Shown: one piece after another, positions 57,088 through 64,000 of the stretch
How the letters are laid out: each line of letters starts with the position of its first letter
How positions within the stretch are numbered: position 1 is the stretch's first letter
Origin: Epithemia pelagica
Lineage: Eukaryota > Protista > Bacillariophyta
DNA length: 64,000 nucleotides
Assembly (NCBI GenBank): GCA_946965045.2
Contig: OX337242.1
Span: 496,001 to 560,000 of the forward strand
Reading direction: 5' to 3'
Translations under genes and position numbers: made by a program
The notes under the pieces: model-generated
What the model was told of the DNA's origin: nothing
The model's input: the letters and a program-made list of their open reading frames with translations, nothing else
Databases searched by the model: none

Positions 57088-59598
57088 CTAGGCCAAATAG
57101 TTATAGACACCTGAATTGTCGTTCGATCGTTCCAAATACTCTCGATCAATCAGGCCTTCAATCCTTTTCTTGACGACACGGGGATTGGGGTTAAAGAAGG
57201 ACAGCTGCGCCAACACTTCCGACAATAACTGCTGATGTTGCAGGGTCTTTCTGGCCTTCATAATACGGACAATTGCCGCTTCAATAGCAATGGTTCGATC
57301 TTCTTCCACTTTCTTAGTATTGAAGGAAGAATCCAGAGACGCCATGGGGATACGGATCTTTCGCATATTCGAAGAGAACTTCGCATTCGCGGCGAACTTG
57401 TCGCCTGGGTTGATCTTTGAATTTGCGGGTGTCTTGGTGATAACCTTGTACTTTCCACAACTCAGTGAATGCATCAATGGTTTCAAGATACTATCCTCCA
57501 AGTTCAAGCGTTGGGCCAAGTCTTCCAACGTTACTGTGGCTCCACCTGAAAGGGCATCCATGGCGATGGCCTGCAACGTGGACACTTGAAGGTCGTAAGA
57601 TTTTTTGCCAAAAGTCGCCAAGACTGAGGCAGAGCCTTGTGTGTGAACCCAAGAGAGCTTTCGCTTTTGGTGCTCTTGTTCATGCCACTCGCGAAAAATT
57701 TGCATGCAGGTCGTCATCTCTTCCGTCACGGTGACTTCGGGAGATTTGTACGTCGGCCAGAACCCTGTCGTTAGCACTTGTACTCCAAAATCCAGCTTCA
57801 CGTTCTTGCTAGATTCCTGCATCTTTTGCTTGAATTTTTGACGCTGCTGACTGCCAACGGCCAAATCCGACAGCATACCCTCCATCTTAGAGGTGAACTG
57901 TGTGCCGCACTGTACCTTGAGCTTGGCAATCATAAGCTTTTCTGCATCATCTGAAGTGGATCGCTGGTTGAGCAGTCGCTTTGCCAACTGATTCCGATAG
58001 ATTTCGGCAAACAAATCCTTGTCAGTCAAATATGAGAACAACTGCACGATTCGGTCAAGATTTTCTTCCACCTCGGATTCGTTCAATTTCTCGCCTCCGC
58101 TCTTCAAGATGCGGTCACAAAAAGTGGACATGAGTTCGGCGTTGGTGAACTGTCCCACATTACTGTTGATGATTTCACAAAAGGCGTCTTTCAGAGCTCT
58201 CTGGAAATAAGAGTGTCTCGAAAAATCCACGCGAACCACCCCCAAGTACTTTTCGTGTAGTTCAATCATCGACTTGACAAATTTCGGGTCATCGTTCTTG
58301 TCTTTTTCTCCGTCGTCCAAACGAGCCTTTCGGCGCTGCACAACGTCCAACCCCTGCTGAGTAATAAACTCCTGCACAATGGCAGCAATCGGTTGTAGAC
58401 CTGACGACGTTGGACTTGTCGATGCGGCGGAATTGTTGTTACCAGTGGTTGACTGGGACGATGTGTTCGAGTTTTCCAGACGCAAAAACAAGCGATACAT
58501 ACGTTGCAAATCCTCAGATTTGTCGTTCTGGAGCAACGCGCGGCATCCACTTGATTCCTTCTCCAAAAGGACCGATTCCACCTTCTCCAGCAACTCTTCT
58601 TCAACCACCTTGAGTAGATTGGCCTCAGAATTGGGATTCAGGTAGTCGGACACACGCTTGCTTTCTGCGTTAAGAGCATCTTCAGCTTTGATCAAATATT
58701 CAGGGGTACTATCGTTGATCCAATCCTGACGCTTCTTTGCATAATACTCTCGCGTGGATTCCAAAAGAGCGACTTCCAGGTCAACGTTGTATACCTCAAG
58801 AGACGACATCCCCATATGTTCGTACAATTCGACAATCGATTTGACAAGGGATTTATCGATGATTTTCCCATCACGCTCATCGTGAATAAGCGAAAGTATA
58901 GCCGCGGTAGTATCCGCCTTACATTCTTCGTAAATGAACGTCTTGAAGCACCGGAGTCCAGCTTGTTCCAAAGTCGGCAAGGAGTGGTGCTTCACATAAT
59001 AGCGATCCAAATACGTGAAGAATCGTTTCAACCACTTGTTCATAATCTGATGGTTACGCCATCGATGCTGCAGCTCTTGCAACAGGAGGGGTCCTCCCTG
59101 GCCAGATTTCTCTTGCAAGGCGGGAAGGACCTTGGTTGACAGGTACCGTTCCATTGTTTCACCATGACGCTGGTATAAATCACGCGACCAATTGTAAGGA
59201 CTGCGCTGCGTACACATGTCATAACAAACACTGCGAGAAGAGAAAGTGTTGCGGTGAGGAATCAAATTTCCAACGGAAAGAAACGACACGAACAAAGAGG
59301 AAAGATCCTTCTTTCCAACTCACGTGTAGATATTAACATATTCTCGGGGCCCGAACATGTTCGTCTTCTGTCGCATTTCTCCATCCAACATAGCTTCTAG
59401 CTTATCGATCGCCTAAGGAAAAACGGAGGAAGGAAAATGTCAGACAAGTTCGTGCCACCAAGCAATCGAGCGACTCGGGTGCAGGCACAATCTTTCGAAA
59501 CTACACACCTTGACTTTGATCTCGTCATTCCACCCTTCTTCTAACGGAATGATACGAGGCCCCGAATTGGCATTACTATCGCTGCTTTCTTTCGACAT
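57088..59598 (-). CDS. CUL1: Cullin-1 (exons 59509-59598, 59324-59412, 57088-59230)
   Basis: IPLEEGW N-terminus, FTYLDRYYV, DKDLFAEIYRNQLAKRLL, SKMEGM, VLTTGFWP and IVRIMKARK. GT-AG introns restore the frame. Confidence 0.93.
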
Positions 59599-60118
59599 GG
59601 CTCAATAATATGACCGCCACACACAAGTAGAGAAGTTCCAGAAGCTCCGGTGCTGATGATGCCGTTTTGAGGGCTTTGGACAACTTTTCGCGGCGCAGCG
59701 AAGGAAAAACTCCACGCTCATGTCTCGAACTCGAACTCTCAGTCATGCCGACTTCGAACAGGGGTAGTCACAACCCATACGTGGTGACGGACATTTGTTC
59801 ATGAACGTCTTGATTATACAACACGCTTCACCGCTCAGGTGTTCATACAATTTTTGCGGGACTCAACGGCTTCTCCTTTAGCTCACGAGTATAGTAGTTA
59901 TTGCTATTGTACCTCTAGCTAGCTAGAAAGGAGTCGTTCTACAAAACCATGACAAAACAAGGCTAGGATTACTGCGACAAACCATCTTCTGTCGTCAATG
60001 CTCAAGGCAAAAGCCCAACATACTCGATCACCTGAATCCCATGCGGAAGTGATTCTGTCCAAGACAATTTACCACAACCAGGTGAACTATTCATCGAACA
60101 TCTTTCGATGGCAGAAAA

Positions 60119-60751
60119 TCATGAAAGAAAGCGATCGGAGTAGGTTGGATCCGAACAACGACATTCCGCTCGCTTTCCCATCAGATTGTATCGGTTTTCC
60201 GCAACAATGTCATACAGACCATCTCGAATATTGCGTTGAATCAGGTTTCGTGCTAGGTTCGCTAGAGGTTGGGTCAATGGAAGCGGTCCAACTTCCTCCA
60301 AGACTTGAAGTACGCACAAGCTCTTGTCAAAGTATCGACCATCGTTTTTGACCAAGACAACGCTCGATATATCGTCCGCTTCTTTTCCAATCTGAACCAA
60401 CAATTCTTGACCAACATTGGATTGCAAGGGGGCAAATCGAAACTTGGCCTGGCGGTCTAAGCGTAACAATATATCCACCCATGTATTGCAGAAGTTGCAG
60501 ATACCGTCGAATAAAATCACATTGTCAGGAATAGACGGCTTCTTGGAGTTTTGGTCGGATTCTGACGTGGTATCGGAAGCAAGGAGTGATTCACTGGAGG
60601 TTGCAGTGCTCTGAAGTGAACTCGTCATGTGCTCTCGGTACATCATGGTGGGACTTCCAATCACAGCTTCAACTGGAAGCAGGATGAATGCCTGAGCAGG
60701 AGAGAGGGACTGGAATACCAAGAAGATCGATAGAAGGCATTTGGGCGTCAT
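60119..60751 (-). CDS. DCC1-like thiol-disulfide oxidoreductase (DUF393) with presequence
   Basis: VILFDGICNFCNTWV (DxxCxxC), FAPLQS and YDIVAENRY; signal peptide ending AQA-F. Confidence 0.88.
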   Translation of the reverse strand: MTPKCLLSIFLVFQSLSPAQAFILLPVEAVIGSPTMMYREHMTSSLQSTATSSESLLASDTTSESDQNSKKPSIPDNVILFDGICNFCNTWVDILLRLDRQAKFRFAPLQSNVGQELLVQIGKEADDISSVVLVKNDGRYFDKSLCVLQVLEEVGPLPLTQPLANLARNLIQRNIRDGLYDIVAENRYNLMGKRAECRCSDPTYSDRFLS

Positions 60752-60920
60752 GGTCAACCGGAAAAATTATGTGGGAGAAGAAAATGTGCGCGCGCCACTC
60801 TCGCATATCGAAGTGGGTGGTCGCTGATCCGGTCGCCCTTTCAATGACTCACCCATCTTCACATGGCTTTCGACCGATGGAGTTCATGGCATTGTAGTAC
60901 AACGAGAGGATCCCTGTCCC

Positions 60921-61921
60921 ATGATTGTCAGATCCATACCATCATCTGGCTTTGTCCGGTACGATTGCAACCATCAGGCTCATCGATGGCGACGTGCTGC
61001 GCACCCTCATCTTCGTGCATTCGAAGCATCCTGGCCACGGTGTTGGTCCACGTCTCGAACACCGCAAACTATCGGAACGAGGGTCTCTTCCCAAATCTAC
61101 AACACTGGTATGATCAATGAGAATTCCTGATGAGGAATTTTAACATCGTTGAGGAAGCATAACATGAAATCGATCTCATCTTCTCCGTCTGCTATTTGAC
61201 AGGAGATGGTGTCCTTGATGTCGCTGGTGATCTCACCAAAGAGATGGGTGTGTCAACACTTCTAACAGGAGAAGTATCCACCATTTCTTCACAACCAATG
61301 CTTCCGGAGTCGACGACAACTTTTGAGCCCGTTTTGAACGTCCCGGCCTTTTCAGTCTTTTTGTTTATAGCCATCGTTTTTGGCTTGTTGCAATATCGCA
61401 TGGCGGCTATTGGTACCGCCGCCGATCGACGAACCGAAGCACTAGCCACATTACGTCGTCTCAAGGCAAAGCAACTTTCTTCTGGAGGCACCGCCGCCGC
61501 AAACGACAAAACCGCAGATACGGTGACAGACGAGACGGAATCGATCTTGTTGCAGGCAACCGAAGAGTATCGGGATGCGTTGATGGAGGTGGAGCGGCTT
61601 CGAACCGTCATTCCAGGATTGGTGCGTATTCCACCCCCTCCTGCCGAGTCGGCCAGTCGTGAACGAATGGAGGAGAATGTGGCGGCCGCCAAACAATTCT
61701 TGAACATTACACTCCCTCCTGTTGTTGTACCTGAAAATGAGGATAGTACCATTCTATCAAAGGCATCTGGGATGTCGAAGAAGGGGGAAGGTTCAACTGG
61801 GCTTCAACCTTGGTTCATTGTCGTTCTTGTGTTTACGCTACTGGCACAGATCTCTCTTCTTTGGCTCTTCACAGTTGGTTTTGATAGCCTGGGGACATCA
61901 CAGCTTTTTTCTGGTCCTTGA
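60921..61921 (+). CDS. Hypothetical two-TM membrane protein, paralog 1; intron 61108-61202
   Basis: FEPVLNVPAFSVFLFIAIVFGLLQYRM TM segment, a helical middle and a C-terminal TM segment. GTATG...TGACAG intron in frame. The start is uncertain. Confidence 0.65.
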
Positions 61922-62211
61922 ACAAGATTAAGATGGCCGGTCTGGAGGTAACAAATAGACTTCATACCACTTCTATATTGTTGATGAATGTTGCAAAGGA
62001 ATGTTCACTCGTCGTTAATCGTTTCCAACATTATCCCCTACTCCTATCTATCGTTCGTTGCACATTGCACATAGACTATACGTTCCGATGGAAAGATACC
62101 TTTTTGTACTCTATGTTGTTACAGTTGTACTGAAGTGATGATACTAGCCGGCTAGATTTTGAGAAGGTTGAGTTCGCAGATGTTGCATCCACCCCCTACA
62201 ATTGTAGAACA

Positions 62212-63182
62212 ATGACAATGATGGGCGTAAGAAGCGTTCAACCAAAGGCTTCTTCAGTGGCTGCATTTTGTGCTAATCGCATGCCGTTGCATCATGGCTT
62301 GTCTTTTCGGAGCATGAATAACCGCTGTGGTCGTCCGTCAGGCGAAAAGTTCAGCCACCACCACTTGTCTCACCCCTGTCGTCATTTCGACCTTCGACAA
62401 AACAATGCAGTGGTCCAAGCCACAGTCGATACCAGGCTCTATTCTGGGTCGGACATGGTGAATGAAGTCATTCCAGGTACGCGTCGTGCGTTGAACGAAT
62501 TCTTGTATTGGGTTTGCGTATAGTGGCTAACGAAGTAGGTCATCTTTTGTATCCTTTGGTTCTTGACACCGTGTCATCCACATTAACAGCGGCATCTTCT
62601 TGGCAGCCTGATACTACGACGTCATTCGAACCAATCTTGAATGTTCCCGCCTTGTCCATATTTTTGTTCATTGTCATGATTTTTGGTTACCTGCAATATC
62701 GTATCATGGCTATTGAAAAGGCCACGGACCGTCGCAAAGTGGCCCTCCAGGATCTGCGGAGACAAAGATCTCAGCAACTAGCTTCGGGTGTCGGTGCCGT
62801 GGATGAAGGACACGAAGCTAGAATGGTACAAGATGCGATTCAGGAATATCGCGATGCAGTCCAACAAGTCGAGGGTCTCCGCACCATTCCATTTACGTCA
62901 GGAAGAGTGCGGATTGCACCACCACGCAACTTGGATCGTCAGCGACAACTAGAAGAGCATACAATGGCCACGCAGCAATATTTGGGTATAAATGACACAG
63001 ACATTATCAAGGACGATGTAGAGCAAAAGCCGCCCAAAATGGCCGCCACGGGCGAGACAGTGACACTTGAACCTTGGATGACGGCAGTCCTGTTAGTCAC
63101 AGCACTGGCTCAGGTCTCATTGTTGTGGCTTTTCTCAGTGGACGTTAACACACTGGAACGGATCGGAGCCTTATCCTATTAA
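62212..63182 (+). CDS. Hypothetical two-TM membrane protein, paralog 2; intron about 62477-62535
   Basis: FEPILNVPALSIFLFIVMIFGYLQYRI and LAQVSLLWLF, collinear with paralog 1. Confidence 0.65.
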
Positions 63183-63684
63183 ACAAAGATAAGCAAAATA
63201 GTAGCAGGAACAATTTCACTCATTACATGAAGCTGCTGTTTCCCACAAAATGGGTGTAAATAGATATGCGTCATTCTATACAGTGATGATCAGCCGATTG
63301 AGTTTTCGAGTGACATAGCACTTTCGCCGAAGCTACCCTATCTTGAAACATCCGCGAAATCATAATGACTAGAAGACAAGCTTCTCTCGTACGAGTATAT
63401 CTTGCGATTTACGATTAGCTTCAGAGCAATGCGAACATTGGGGGGGGGGGGGATGCATGGACTCTTTGTTGATGTATCCGTTTGTTTGATTGATTGATTT
63501 GGATTGACTGGTTACTGGTTACTGTTTGCGGCGTCGACTGCGAAGGATTTGTCACTGTTGAATGAAGAATGTGGGTACGGAAATCCATCACACCCAACAC
63601 GATATCAACATCATATAGCACAGATGACCCCACATAATTGTAAATCATTAATTATTACATTGAATCTACGAGCTCGTATTGTTT

Positions 63685-63852
63685 TAGAGGTGGCTCCAGC
63701 AACAGCTCATCTCTGCTGGAGCTAGGTAAGCGCTGGAGACGTCTCTGCTGGAGCTAGGTGAGCGCCTCCAGCTGGAGAAAAGACTACCTATGCTAACAGG
63801 ATGAAAATGCTTAGCTAGAAGCTACTCCTAGTGAATCTATCTTATGGTGAGA
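63685..63852 (+). repeat. Dispersed repeat, copy 2
   Basis: Diverged direct copy of 17580-17751. Confidence 0.75.
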
Positions 63853-64000
63853 ACACATGTTCCCAATTCTCACGTAAAAAATGTAAATCTGTAACGGTGG
63901 AAGGGTCCAGTGATGCTTGTTTCGCAGATATGATCAGTCTTGCAATACTGAATGCCCGTTCAGAAGAGGCAGCAGTCGCAGGCAACGCAAGATATTTTCT

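Larger units (their letters stand above)
44616..57684 (+). repeat. Tandem segmental duplication, copy 2 (13.1 kb including about 4 kb of inserted elements)
   Basis: Same gene order: WS/DGAT 3' end, expansin-like gene, phytase-like gene, cullin 3' end. Confidence 0.93.

Overview
Eukaryotic nuclear DNA, most likely a pennate diatom. Evidence: GT-AG introns of about 80-220 nt, bipartite ASAF-type plastid presequences and a CoDi-like copia element. The window is rich in mobile DNA and duplications. From left to right: (1) a decayed CRE-type non-LTR retrotransposon. (2) A complete 6.3-kb copia element inserted on its stop codon, with identical 264-bp LTRs, a TTAGG target-site duplication (TSD), an extra upstream ORF and a primer-binding site complementary to its own LTR, which suggests self-priming. 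(3) Host genes: two ketopantoate reductases, a plastid protein and an LRR membrane protein with a nonsense codon. (4) A complete 6.9-kb hAT transposon (14-bp terminal inverted repeats, 8-bp TSD) carrying an endonuclease III-like HhH-GPD glycosylase gene beside its transposase. (5) A Crinkler/RHS-like NTPase-nuclease gene between two copies of the 5' end of a NiCoT/UreH-like gene. (6) A tandem duplication (9.1 kb + 13.1 kb) from inside WS/DGAT to inside cullin-1, doubling an expansin-like mucin gene and a phytase-like gene; three non-autonomous elements sit in the second copy only. (7) Cullin-1, a DCC1-like oxidoreductase and a paralogous pair of membrane proteins. Coordinates were read by eye and family assignments rest on motifs, not database searches.
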